From Marsupella aquatica (lineage: Eukaryota > Plantae > Marchantiophyta): a stretch of 64,000 nt of DNA. The stretch lies in NCBI GenBank assembly GCA_973895155.1, contig OZ316893.1, forward strand, positions 25,657,520 to 25,721,519, read 5' to 3'. The notes beneath the pieces are model-generated. The model was not told the origin of the DNA, did no database searches, and saw only the letters and a list, made by a program, of their open reading frames with translations. Position 1 is the first letter of the stretch, and each line of letters starts with the position of its first letter. Shown in pieces: positions 52,029-64,000 of the stretch. The position numbers and the translations under genes are program-made.

Positions 52029-53553
52029 TGTACTTCATTTGTCTTCACCTTTTTATGAACACTCAAAGTACAGTAGGGTAGGTAGCTCGTCTTCATTCTC
52101 TACAAAGTTAGGAAAGACTTCTGTGTGCTCTATTTTACGTCGGTAAAACAAATTGGCACACGAAATCAACGCAATTAAAACGGAGGACATTGTGACAGAA
52201 AAGAACCATTCCATTCTTCACAATGTATAGCATCAAAACAGGTGTCTGGCCTTGAGTCTTTACCTCTCAGAGTAAACTTAAAATATTTTTCAGTGGAAGC
52301 TTTTTATTGTGAAGAGTATCAAGACAGGTGTCCTAACCTGACCTCTCAATTAGAGCCTGTCTCCATTAAATTGATAATAATTCAAGCTATCTTCCTGCAA
52401 AGCTTGAAGTGACCCTGATAGGACCCCTCCACCCATATTTTAAAGCTAGCCATCCCCTCTTTCTTCGTGAGCTCCATGGAAGGTTAGAGTAAAAGTTTTC
52501 CATTGTGGTAGGTCCAAAAATTCTGAGTCATTATGGCAAACCACGCTGTTCCTCAGAGGTACATGTGAGGAGAATTTACAAAAAACAGTAAGGTAACACA
52601 AGCATAGACTATCAGTGATGCATATCAGACCTTGTGGAATGAACTAGATCCTGGTTGCTACCCAGGTACCACTTTTGCTCCAGAGGTCCGGCAATGTCAG
52701 GGAAGGTAATTGCATGATAGTGCTTGGGTGAAGGCTGAATTCCACGTTTTTGTCGATGACCACACTCTACATAAACGTTTGAAGATAAGAACATCTAAAC
52801 GTCAGGGTACCTTAACTGAATGAACCTTAGTAGAGATTTAATGAAAAAGGTGAGGTTGAGTGAGCTGATGCTAGAGGAAGTTGTAGAGCCTTAATTTGAT
52901 GGAGCAAACATTTTGAAAAGGTAGCACTGATCAGCAGACACAGGATGTTTTAGGTTCTGCTAAACGGTTCAGCCATTTCCGTGCAATAGTATGCCTGTCA
53001 ATGATAGAGTCAGGGAGGAAATCGTTCATATTTGATGGATGAATGAACTAGGCATTTAATAAAGTAAGCTGATGAGGCACCCACATCTATTGGTGAAGAA
53101 AGGAGATGGATGCACCTGGTACACAATAAAACATCATTATAAGTAGTGCTAGAAAAGTCCCCTCAAGGCTCGGCACATACTTGTGCTAGTCATCTGTTTT
53201 AATGGAATTCTATCGCTCAAACATTCGAAGGTAAACGTGGCTGAACCTTGATGTCTCCAAAACATATTCCTCCCTTGCTGATTCATACTACTCTCCTAGT
53301 ATCGAACGAGATGAAAATGAGATGGGACATGCTTCATCTTCAGCTTCTGAGGCATCTGTGGAAAACTGCTTCCTTGGAAGTTGAAAAGTTTTGTGAACAC
53401 AAATGTCTTCTAGTTGATCCAACAAGAAGCATTGCAATTTCAGATTTGACAACGTCAAGTGAGGCAGATGTTTGACGGGCGCAAAAAGAGATTACCTTGT
53501 AAAGTCCAGACGGAGGGACATTTTGAAGAGTCAAACCTAGAGATACTCCGAGA

Positions 53554-54426
53554 TCAAAGTAGGAAGATCAAGAGTCCCAGTAACAAAGCTGCCAAAACAG
53601 TATACTTCAAAGCTGAAAGAACAATTGTAATCACCACTAGGATAAGCTGTGAGAAAATCTTGAACAACGCCAAAGTCAGCAAAGCTGTGAAACCCAGTGC
53701 TACCAAATTCTCCCAAGTGGGATCCAACAAGCCCCTCCAGTCGAATCTCAAGCTCTCCAGATCTTGAAGGAGTAATTCCTCCTTAGCACCCAATGTGTTA
53801 TCCTCGTTTTTCTGTCCTAGCTCCCAAATTTTCCTCCAAAAACCTGGCTTTGAACCTTCATTTTGGAGTGAAGTTTCATTGCGGTCTGCCTCATCCTCCC
53901 TACTACTGTCACCCTCTGCCTCCTCCTCTCTACTAACCTCGCCAATTTCACCCCCACTTTCCTGACTGTCTGCACCCTGCTCATCACCATTTATTTTGCT
54001 GTCATTCTGCTCCTCTAGGGTCTCCTTGTCCGTGTCATTTGTTTCCTCGTCTGAGCTGCTCTCACTATCATCCCTTCTGTTTGCCCTTCTTTTTCGTAGG
54101 GACTGGCGATTGACACTGACACCGGCTCTCTTCTCCACCTTGATGCCATTCCGACCGCCCAGCTGAAATTTCCTCCCCTCTACTCCAAAATGGGAACAAA
54201 ACCCACTGCCCAGTTTCTTCTCACCATTCTCAAAGCTCTCGGAGGCGCCCGTATGTGCCCTGACCGCTCCACAACTGCCCGTCGTCCTCCTATTCCCAGA
54301 ATTTCTAAAAGAGCGCTCGCTATGGCCTCCGATCGAGATCCTCACCTGAGTTGCGGATGTCTGCCGAGAAGCAACAGGTCCAAGAACAGGACCGACAATC
54401 GTGGCTGAAACAGCGGCCATCTCCAT
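53554..54426 (-). CDS. Plastid-targeted membrane protein with acidic linker and C-terminal hydrophobic helices; resembles EMB1923 family
   Basis: Transit-peptide-like N-terminus; C-terminus DWRGLLDPTWENLVALGFTALLT...SALKYTVLAALLLGLLIFLL; single exon. Family assignment from memory. Confidence 0.75.
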   Translation of the reverse strand: MEMAAVSATIVGPVLGPVASRQTSATQVRISIGGHSERSFRNSGNRRTTGSCGAVRAHTGASESFENGEKKLGSGFCSHFGVEGRKFQLGGRNGIKVEKRAGVSVNRQSLRKRRANRRDDSESSSDEETNDTDKETLEEQNDSKINGDEQGADSQESGGEIGEVSREEEAEGDSSREDEADRNETSLQNEGSKPGFWRKIWELGQKNEDNTLGAKEELLLQDLESLRFDWRGLLDPTWENLVALGFTALLTLALFKIFSQLILVVITIVLSALKYTVLAALLLGLLIFLL

Positions 54427-54994
54427 CACCACCAACAGCAGCTACCCAAAAAATGGTACCAAAATGATACCATGGTACCAAATGCTACTAGAGTCGCGAC
54501 CTCTGCCCAACACTGCTCTGTGACTCCTTGAGGCACAATGGGTGGTGCTGCTGCCCCGTTACCGGTCAACCTCCCCAACCTCCCCTGTCAATAATCACAC
54601 CTCAAAATGTCGATAATCACACATCAAAATGTACTAGTAACATAGAGTGTGCACCTATTTCAACCAAGAGTGTTTCAAGTTTCATAGATTTTTGAGTTTT
54701 CTTGCAAAAGGTGTTCTGTTATGACCACGTCCATGGGGCGTTCTCCCATAACATCAAGAGCAGCAGGCGTTACATTTTCATAGGGTCCCTCTGCTGCTCA
54801 CAGTTTGTTTTCTTCAGCCATCCCTCCTGCTATTTGCCTAAGATGCCTCGCAAATATTTCCCAGCTGAATCCTGAGCATCCCTGCCCTAAAGAAGATATA
54901 TACCTGATACACAATGGTCTCTCATCAGAGTATTCATGAGGTCAATCTCAGTTGGATTTATATCTGCACTTAAGTATCCATTCTCGCAGACATT

Positions 54995-56370
54995 CTTCTG
55001 AGATCAGACAGCGCGCGAGATCAGACAGCGAGAGTGAAGACGAAATCAAATCAGACGAGCAGCATCAAGTCCAGTCCACCAAGCTCGCGCGATCAGACAG
55101 CGAGATCAGATCGAGAGCTAAGATCCACAGCAGCTCGAGCTTTCCACCCGCCGCAGCCGCCCTTTGCCCCCTCGAATTTGATCGTCTCGCATCGGGATTC
55201 TCCAATTTATAAATTCGACCAATATCCTCTGTTTCAAAAATCCCTCGCCAATAATACGTGATCGATCGCCTATTCAAAAAAAGCTCCCGCATTATTCCGC
55301 ACTGAATGCCAGGCCGTATGGACACGTTATCTACGATGACAACGATGATCTCGACGACAAACTGTCGAAGGAAGAAACTCACCGTTCGGATCATTTATCA
55401 GCTTCTTCCCGCGGGCCATCGCCGAAGACATGAGCCGACTCAGAAGTCACACAAATTTCTCCGAACTCAATCGAGAGCACTCAGCCCTCTCTCTCCTCCA
55501 AAACACAGCCAGTCAATTCGGCAGTGCAAACGCACGCCACCGATGTCAATCAGAATGCGAACCAATTCCGAACTCTCTCCTGGTCGATATGGCACTCCCT
55601 CGGCCTCCTCTCCCCTCTTCTAAATACGTCAATTCGGCAGCGCACACGCACGTCAACGACGCCAATCAAATACCACCGTAATGCGAACCAATTCCCGCCG
55701 CGTTGGCGCCGATCGAGCACGCACTCACTCACTCACTCACTCACTCCCTCAGGAAGACACTTCGGCAGAGTGGCAAACGCAACAACGCACGTCAACGAAA
55801 TCAAATCAGACGAGCAGCATCAAATCAGACGAGCAGCATCAAGTCCAGTCCACCAAGCTCGCGCGATCAAACAGCGAGATCAGATCGAGAGCTAAGATCC
55901 ACAGCAGCTCGAGCTTTCCACCCGCCGCAGCCGCCCTTTGCCCCCTCGAATTTGATCGTCTCACAATGTGAGCCTTGCCCTGCGTTCGCCAGCCCTTCCC
56001 CAGCCCTTCGCCCTTCGCCCTTCGCCCTGCGCCAGCCCCTTGCCCTGCGCCAGCCCTTCCCCAGCCCTTCGCCCTTCGCCCTGCGCCAGCCCCTTGCCCT
56101 GCGCCAGCCCCTTCTCGTCGACCCCTTGCCTTTCGCGAGCCCTTCCCCTTGCCCCCACTGCATTGGATACCCCTCCCCTTGCCCCACTGCACGGAACTTT
56201 TTTATCCCTTTCACATTGCCCCAACTTTTTTATCTCCTGCATAGGATAAAATCCCTCCCCTTGGATACCCCTCCCCTTGGATACCCATCCCCTTGCCCCA
56301 CTGCATAGGGAACTTTTTTATCCCTTTCACATTGCCTCAACTTTTTTATCTCCTACATAGGACAAAATAA
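54995..56370. repeat. GC-rich repetitive block, probably transposon-derived: duplicated ~150-bp segment, gcccttc/gccagcccc microrepeats and a ~110-bp tandem duplication
   Basis: 55040-55190 repeated at 55796-55962; low-complexity 55970-56160; 56160-56360 duplicated. Confidence 0.7.
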
Positions 56371-59300
56371 CTTTTCATGTTGAAGCGAAAAAATGTCAAA
56401 ACAGGAAAGAAAAAGATCAAAGAGGGAAAAGATGTTAAGAGTGAGAAAAAAAATGTCATGATCAAATAACGATGTAAATGTGAGAAAAAAAATGTGGCAG
56501 TAAAGATATTGAGGATAAATAAATATGCTAAGATTGGTCTCAATAATACAAGAGTCTCGAAATAAAGTATATACATGTCTCAAAATACATCTAAGGTCCT
56601 TTTTGGTCCCTTCACAACGTGTGAAACATTATAGCAGTCCAGTATTGCAAGTTCATTTTATTGCAGTCCGTCGTATTGCAGTTGGTAGGTATGGCAGACA
56701 AAAGTATCTCTTCGGTCCCCCGTCACATGGCTGAACATAGTTCAACAAAAACCCATCAGTTTTGTGTGATGGAAGCACAGAGCAGTGTGCGGCGAAGTAT
56801 ATAATCCTCCGTCGAAGATGGAGAAGCATACTTACCTGGGCGGGACCAATCGGTGATCCACAAGGCCGATGATCTAGACTGAGCTGCCTCATTGCACCAC
56901 GACGCGGCAAAGTCTACCATTTCCCCAAGGGGAAAATGGACGTCATAATTTGTGCACGCGGGGGCTCGCGTTCGCGCGGCCTTCACCAGTCTAAAACAAC
57001 ACGAATTCATTCCTTGGTGTATAACATAACAAATCTCTGTCTCCCTTCGAATAACATGACTCTGTCGCCCACAATCCTAAGGGGAAAATGTTCTTCTACT
57101 AACATCCCACTGAACAAATGTCACTATTTCTGATTGGTTTCAAACTCTTCATTTGATCTCGTCGATGAGAATTTGACTTCTGATTGATTTCAAACTCTTC
57201 ATTTGATCTCGTCGATGAGAATTTTCGCATCTTAATCGCTACTCATCAATGCGGATATTGAAATCTTAATCGCTCTGAACCAGGAAGTGTCTTTCTGTTC
57301 CGATGAGAATTTTCACATTGTAATCGTTCCTGTACTTCGAATGGAGATTGATGCGAAGGACAGAGAGATGAAAATCAAGGTGGACATTTCTCGGAGGGGA
57401 AAAATGGATGTCTACATAGTATGCGCAAGCGGGGACTGGAGTTCCCATGGCCTTCACCAATGTAAACCAATCTGCAATTGTGTTTTTCTTCTAATGAGAA
57501 TTTCTGCGTTTGAATCGTTCCACCTCTCGTTTCACTTCTTGATCTGTTTTACTTAAGCTGACTGACGGTTTGTAATTCACTCCCCCGGGGTTCACTACAC
57601 ATGATCGACGTTGCTCGATCCCGAGAAAAGCACACGATCTCTTGTCCCGCACTGCTCTGTTTGGAACTAAAATGGTCGAAAGGTCCAACAACTAGTTCCA
57701 CATCCATTGTTGATGATCTAGATTTAGCACATCAAGATTACCTGGAAGTCATTCTGCTGAGGTTTTCATTTCTTTTGAAATAAAATCATTCATTCGAGGC
57801 ACAAAAAAATTTGAGAGTTCGGTGGAGAAGAATTTCCATTTTTCTTTATTCATAAGAAAGCGAACCACATAAAGGTGTCATAGCCCTCTCACAGATACAT
57901 TTACAACAGCATTCTCGCTGTTACGTCCATGAGGACAGAATTGTCCTCTTCCTCAGTTTCCGTCTTTGCCTCGGCAGTGAGTCTTGAAGGTTGCCGTGTC
58001 TGCGTTCAGAGACGGATGTTGATTCCCCTGTTGACATTCTAAACAGAGAAACACCACAGCGGACAACAATGCCTCACCTTGACCCTCATCTTTCTGTAAT
58101 TCACATTAATCTCCCTACAATTGTTGCTTTGAGATGGTTGCCCATTCGTTCCAATTTTGCACAATACTGAATTGTACGTGACTTCCAAATACTTATGGCG
58201 ACTGGGACAAGACAACGGCTGAGTCCAAGAAGAGAACCAGCAAAATGCGCGTTGCAACATCAGTCATCTGTACAGAAGATGTATCTACGTGAATGACATC
58301 TCAATTGACAAAAAAGCACAATTGAATTCGTATCGAGCTGGGCAGTGCTGACCATTCAATCTCAAAATCAGGACGGAAGTAATCCCACCTCACTATGGTG
58401 GAAATTGCTGAATACCAGCTGTTTGTCACAGTTCCATGATAGGGGTCTCGCGATCATCACCATGAATTTCGGAACACTCGTCGGAAACCCACACGATGAG
58501 AGTACTTATGATGGTACTGACAGAGAGACCTTTCGAAGACCAGCCTTTTGATACGGTTGTGGTCTTTCTCAAGAAGATAACCTGACAGGTAAAATTCTGC
58601 TTCAAAATTGCAAGAAGTGAAATTCAATGAAAGACCTCCAGAATATTTTCTAGCGACCTTTCTTCTCTTCAGAGCAATCGTCTTCTTGTTAAGCAAATAT
58701 TTTTGTGGAGAAAGGAAAAGAAGAACAAAACATGAACCACAAAAATCAGTGCGGGATTGATTAACCAAAAACCGAAATGATCCAAAGAAGGGAAAGGCAA
58801 AAGCAATAAAAACCTGCAAGATCCGGGGTCAATTCTTGCCATGCGTCCGATGTTCTAACAAAGGAGACTACAGAATAACAAATTTTCACCAGATCTTGCT
58901 CCTAACGCAATGCTTCTGGACCATTTCTTGTTTCCCAAATCACCCCCGTCTCCTTTTGAGCCTGCTCCAAAGCTTGTGGTTGGAAGCTCTATCTAGCTAT
59001 CTCCAAACGCTTGTACGGGTGCTCCGATGGTTGTGTTTGGAGAAAAAACTGACAGATATTACATTCGGCCCAAAAACTGCGCTCCTGTGTCTCACTGCAG
59101 AAACTTGGACCCGTTTCTTAATTTAAGAGCACATTGTCTACAGTTCTTCCAGTTGTATCGGAGGCAGCTTCGTACGTGAACTTGAAATCTTATCCATAAA
59201 CTTCTTTTGATTTGGAAAGCACCTTTGAACACTGATATGATGGGAGCACAAGCTGCATCCTCGCAACATCTTGCCTCGTACTTCCCTGCAATCAGCCTTT

Positions 59301-60260
59301 CCCCCTGCTCAAAGTAGCTCGAAAAGTACCGGGTATGATCTCCGAAATTGGTGCCACAAATGGAAAATTTCCGTCTATGCACTGCTCGAAGTTCTAAGTA
59401 TCAGAGATGTGACGTTCGAGACTGCTGCTGCTTTCCTCGGTGTCAGGCAGGCCTGCTCTGGAAATCTTGAGAAGGTTTATACACCCAACAGTTTAAATTT
59501 TAGCGAACAGAATCTGCAAACTAGCGAGGCATAAGAAGCGCCACTTCAAATCCGCTCTTGATTTACGTACAAATGAAGTGGACAAGATCCGTTTCGAGCA
59601 AAATTTGAGAGGATCTTTAAGGTGACCCTGATTTCATTCTACTGAATAATCAAGAACATTTTTTTGATCATGACCTCGCATATGAGGTGACCAGCACTGA
59701 TATCGTCTGGAAATGTATCACTGCGGAGCCGAAAAACTCTCACGGAATAGCGCTTCTATGAAGCCTATGGAGGTTGCTCGTACTAACTCTTCTGAAACTT
59801 TCTTGATCGAAGCAACGCCTGCAATTGGCAAATAAGGAATTGATTGAAAATACCAAGTACCTGAGGGCAGCTAAATTAATGACCTGCATCGTTCTGGCCC
59901 TAGAATTGATGGCCCTAAACCCTAGACATCTTAATCTTTTGGGTATTACCATTACTTCGGCTACTTTGATTTTGCCTGCTCTAGGAAATGGCATGTCAAG
60001 CATCTCTATGTAGACGGCAATCAGGATAGACAGACAAGAACTAAACCTTGCTGACCATCGAACACACTTGGTTGTGTACTGATAGAGGCAAATTACGAGA
60101 GTTTTGGAATTCGCCACGGCACACGATACATCACATGACCAAAACACCTTAATGAGTGCAACTTGGATTTTGGTTTGGAATGGCAACTCCCGTCTCGTCA
60201 AGATCAGACCTATTACGTGGCACAGGCATGAATATTCATCCATGGGGTCTTCAAAACTAT

Positions 60261-60884
60261 TTAATCACCCTGGTTAGAGCACTTGCCGTCGCCACCTCCT
60301 GAAATATTGCCGTGATGGGCGGACATCACCTCCTGGATGGGTGGCAAGATTCTGTAATCATAGGAAGCCGTGTCTTTAGAGCTCGAGGTACCCACTGAAG
60401 AATGGGCCTGATCTGCAGCGCCTCCATTGGGTTGCGGATGAATTTTGACTGAGGACTCCTTCCTAACAGCGGCAGCCCCACCATTCTCGGCGACTTTGAA
60501 GTGCACCAGCTTGGGCCGGCCAGGGCCAGACGGATATATGCGTCCAGCGATCTCCTGCATCCAGTCGTCCTTGACTAAATTCTCCCCCTTCCTGTTGTCT
60601 ATCACACTCACTGTATACTCCTCTTCGAGCTCGTCCGACGACACAACCTCGTCAGACACAAGCTCATTACTCGACTCGCCAGTGTCAGCTCCAGTATCAA
60701 TCTCGTAACCCTCAACTTCTTTGACACAGCAATCATATGGGCAAGTTCCGTCTGCTCGCAATAGAGGTTCCTTCAACCCGTCATCCTTCGTGCTGGGCTT
60801 CTTCTTTGCGTAGCACTGCTGATAAGTTTGTCTTACCACCTCCACCGATATCGCCACGGAAACCCAAAACCACATGAAATCCAT
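60261..60884 (-). CDS. Uncharacterised 207-aa protein with hydrophobic N-terminus and acidic middle
   Basis: ATG-initiated ORF with coding-like composition (MDFMWFWVSVAISVEVVR, KEPLL); possible 5'-UTR intron upstream. Confidence 0.55.
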   Translation of the reverse strand: MDFMWFWVSVAISVEVVRQTYQQCYAKKKPSTKDDGLKEPLLRADGTCPYDCCVKEVEGYEIDTGADTGESSNELVSDEVVSSDELEEEYTVSVIDNRKGENLVKDDWMQEIAGRIYPSGPGRPKLVHFKVAENGGAAAVRKESSVKIHPQPNGGAADQAHSSVGTSSSKDTASYDYRILPPIQEVMSAHHGNISGGGDGKCSNQGD

Positions 60885-62218
60885 CAGATCTGTGCTGATA
60901 ACTTATGGTGATTCTATGATTCGCCTGAAGGGGTCTGGTGTACGACCGATTCCCCGGCAATATACAGAAATCCGTGGTCCTAGGATTGGATTTGGATTCT
61001 CACCCTGCGGAGTAGAAAATTCCCAAGGGAGAGTTTTATGGATATACACTCAATGCTCCACCTGTGGCATTTTACCTCGGAGTCCACTTGATGATGTTCT
61101 GCGGCGATCCCCTGTCACATAGGCTAGCTGAACCAGAAAGATTGCGATTCATCCTCTTATTTTCAATGAACCAGAAGATTCATCCTCATATTCTCAAAGA
61201 AATTTCCCAAATCAGGAAGACAATAACTCTACCCGGATCGCAAACACGACATCCTCTGTCACCTTTCGCCTGGGTCAAAACTGCTGTCAGGAGCAAACTC
61301 CAAAAATTGAATCTCTTGAAACATAGGGAGAGAGCGTGCGCCAAGCAGGTACAACAACGATCGCCTTCCACTCCTTCTCAAAGGAACGATTATTGAGAAA
61401 GAGTGGATGAAATCCGTTTAATAGGAGACGGCATTGCATTGTCATCGTCAGCAGCTGCAGAGAGAGGAGGAGAAGGAAAACGTGAGAAATGGAGAGACGC
61501 TGCCCAATGTCAAAAGATCACCATAAAGCTTTCCAGAACGCGCATTCCGTGGACAACGACTCAAGATCACACTTGCCCTCACCGCAAGTGAACACTCTGG
61601 AGCCGGAAATTTGAGCCTTTCAGCGCCCGCCTCTGCGAAAAGTCGAAATCTGATAGCAAAAGATTCCCATCCACCACTTTCAGTTGTTGCGGGATCCACC
61701 AGATTGCGAACGACTTTTCCGTGGATACTTCACACGCGCCACCACCTCACTCGGAATTGAGCATTCGCAGCAGTGAAACGAGGAGGCGTGCTGAGCTCCG
61801 TGCTGAGCTCCAATAGCTCAGCAACACCTCTATTTCTCTCAAACTTGATCTCTCCCAGCTCACGCTCTCGTCCTCCTCCCAGCTTGGATCTGCCCTACAC
61901 TCCTACCTCACAAGCTCTCTCTCTCTTTCTCCAATGCTTGCATCAATCAATCCCTCACTCCCTCATCAAAGGAGCACCAATTTTGCTTAGACAACAATCA
62001 GATCCACGTGCCAGTGACTTACAGACAGGACTCCACATCAGCTCTCCAACCACCAGCTGGATTTTAGTAATGTGTAGCTAAAGGAGTAAAGGTGGCCAGG
62101 AGGTCAATCAAGAAGTTCATCAGAGCCCATGTTATCCACCGCCCCGTGTATCAGTGAGAGCACGAGAGTCTTATCAGCAGCTGGATTGCAGCACTTTGGA
62201 GAGCTTCTGTTTTTCCTC

Positions 62219-62336
62219 TTTTCTGCTTTTCCTTCAGACTTCACTTCAGAGCTCTTGTCTACTCTCGTGGACTGTAGCTTTTCTGCTTTTCCTTCAGACT
62301 TCACTTCAGAGCTCTTGTCTACTCTCGTGGACTGTC
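62219..62336. repeat. Near-perfect 60-bp tandem duplication
   Basis: ttttctgcttttccttcagac...gtggactgt present twice. Confidence 0.92.
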
Positions 62337-62899
62337 TACAGCAGAGCCTTGCCATGTCGAGGAGCAATTTTGGGGGCATAGTCTCGAGACCACGTGCTTC
62401 CGTTTGGAAGCATGCTCGTTAATCAATTGCCTTGGACTTGGGCCCAAATCTGAAGCCCCCATCTTCTCTAGGGCATTGCAATGTCATGATTGCACCGCTA
62501 CTGTAGTTTTTTGTTTGGCACGGAATGTTTTGCATCAACATTGGGAATTTGGGATTCAATATGGCATGCAGACATGTCCAAAGCCACCAAAGACACGATC
62601 ATGATTGTACTAGCCCCATGGTCAAAATAGATATGAATGCACAATAACATTTATATGCTATTTTGGTTAGTCTTTGTCTCATCTTTATTTTTTTTGTTCA
62701 TGCTCATGTCAGTTTTATCTTTATTTAGAGTCAATGTCAATTTTGTCCATCCTCATTTAAAATTTTAACTTTATTGAATCTTATTATCAGTTTTGTTTGT
62801 ATTGTGAATTATAATCTGAAGGCTTCACTCTAGGCCCTTGAGAGTGTAGGCTTTAGTTGGGGCTTTTATAGCAAGATTACCTGTGTAGTATGTACAAGG

Positions 62900-63530
62900 C
62901 TAGTAAGGGTGGCTTTACAAGAGGTTGGGGCCATTGCTTATTTTATTTCCTCCCAGATTCAATTGGATGTCTAATGAATGGAGTTACATCTATCAGAGTG
63001 CCAAAGGACCAAAAGGCCAAACTGGGAGAAAGGGTCCCAATCGCAAAGCAACCCAATAAAGGGAGGGAAGAGGGAGGGGGAAATACCCAATAAAACTAGG
63101 GGAGTTGGCTTTACAACAGGAGTTCGCTTTACAAGAACTGGGGGTGGTTTACAAGAACTGGGAGCCCTTCAGCTCGGGTGTCTACCTATCCTACATGGCC
63201 AGCACTGGGCCCAAGGGAATGGGGATGTAGAGTAGTTAATTTGTCCAGAATTTTAGACCACCAAACACCTCAAAAGGTGGTCCAGGCATTTCAAAACTTC
63301 GGCTAAAGGTGGCTTTACAGGAAGCCTAGGGCCCTTTGCTTTTGGATTTTGTGATGAGGCAAAACTGCTGCATTTGGCTTTTCTACAAGAACTCTAGGGC
63401 CCATTCAGGTATATATTATGTGTACCTGTACTACATGGCAAATAGTGGGCCCAAGTAAACTATTGATGTGGAGCGTTACAATTTGTCTAAAATCTTAGAT
63501 CAGTGGACGTTGTCCAGATAGTTCCAAACT
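62900..63530. repeat. Diverged internal repeats, probable transposon remnant
   Basis: Recurring ggtggctttaca(a/g)g and ctacatggc...tgggcccaag...gatgt segments. Confidence 0.5.
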
Positions 63531-64000
63531 TTGCCTCATTCATTCAAGGATTTGCATTTTTGAACTTTGGAGTCTAGCTTTCCAACAAGATGTGGCCAGC
63601 ACATTTGCTTTGGTGAAAAAATGACACAAAGAGTCCAGGAAGGCTGATAAAGCCACCCTAAGTTTGCTCAAGCCTTCATGAGGTCATGGCTTGGGATATC
63701 TATGTACACTAGTGTGTAGAGTTTGGTGTCTATCAGTGTCCAGTATGCTCAGGCATTCACTATCCTTGGTCTGGCAGAGGCTGTTGGGTTTAGGACTTCT
63801 AGTCAAGTACCTCTTGGGGACCCTCCTATGGAATTTAAGCTCAGTAAGGCTTTAATTTCCTCTTATGCCATTTGGTGTCTTGGGCATTTGAGCTCTTTGG
63901 GTTTCCCCTTCTTTCTGTTGTTTTCCCCCATTATTGGGTTGTTTGCCTTTGGGATCCTTTCCTCCCAGTTAGGTGATTTTTGTTCGCTGTGCTATATATA

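Noticed and set aside
55524-56308. Overlapping Pro/Ala/Gly-rich ORFs on both strands
   Set aside because: Produced by GC-rich low-complexity repeats lacking stop codons.

Overview
Eukaryotic nuclear DNA from a land plant that probably has flagellated sperm (bryophyte, lycophyte or fern; inferred from ciliary genes OFD1 and CLUAP1/IFT38). Genes read from the sequence: intronless mitochondrial citrate synthase, tRNA-His, a DUF760 plastid protein, an RbfA-domain protein, RPL7A, ENOD93, a WDR74 pseudogene fragment, a 55-aa single-TM microprotein candidate, OFD1, a small FAM192A/PIP30-like gene, CLUAP1, an EMB1923-like plastid membrane protein and an orphan ORF. Intergenic DNA holds Tourist- and Mutator-type MITEs (some nested), a TTAA-flanked element, a Helitron-like 3' end, minisatellites, many short tandem duplications and a decayed mitochondrial trnP. 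Best lead: the gene at 42108-43376 has a clear U12-type AT-AC intron (42650-42771). Its next intron contains two tandem U12 5' splice-site motifs (ATATCCTT-gt-GTATCCTT, 43001-43018) about 45-50 nt after cryptic acceptors whose use would create premature stops. This resembles the U11-binding USSE feedback element of minor-spliceosome genes, so the gene may be an unrecognised U11-regulated splicing factor. Gene identities rest on remembered family motifs; no database searches were run.
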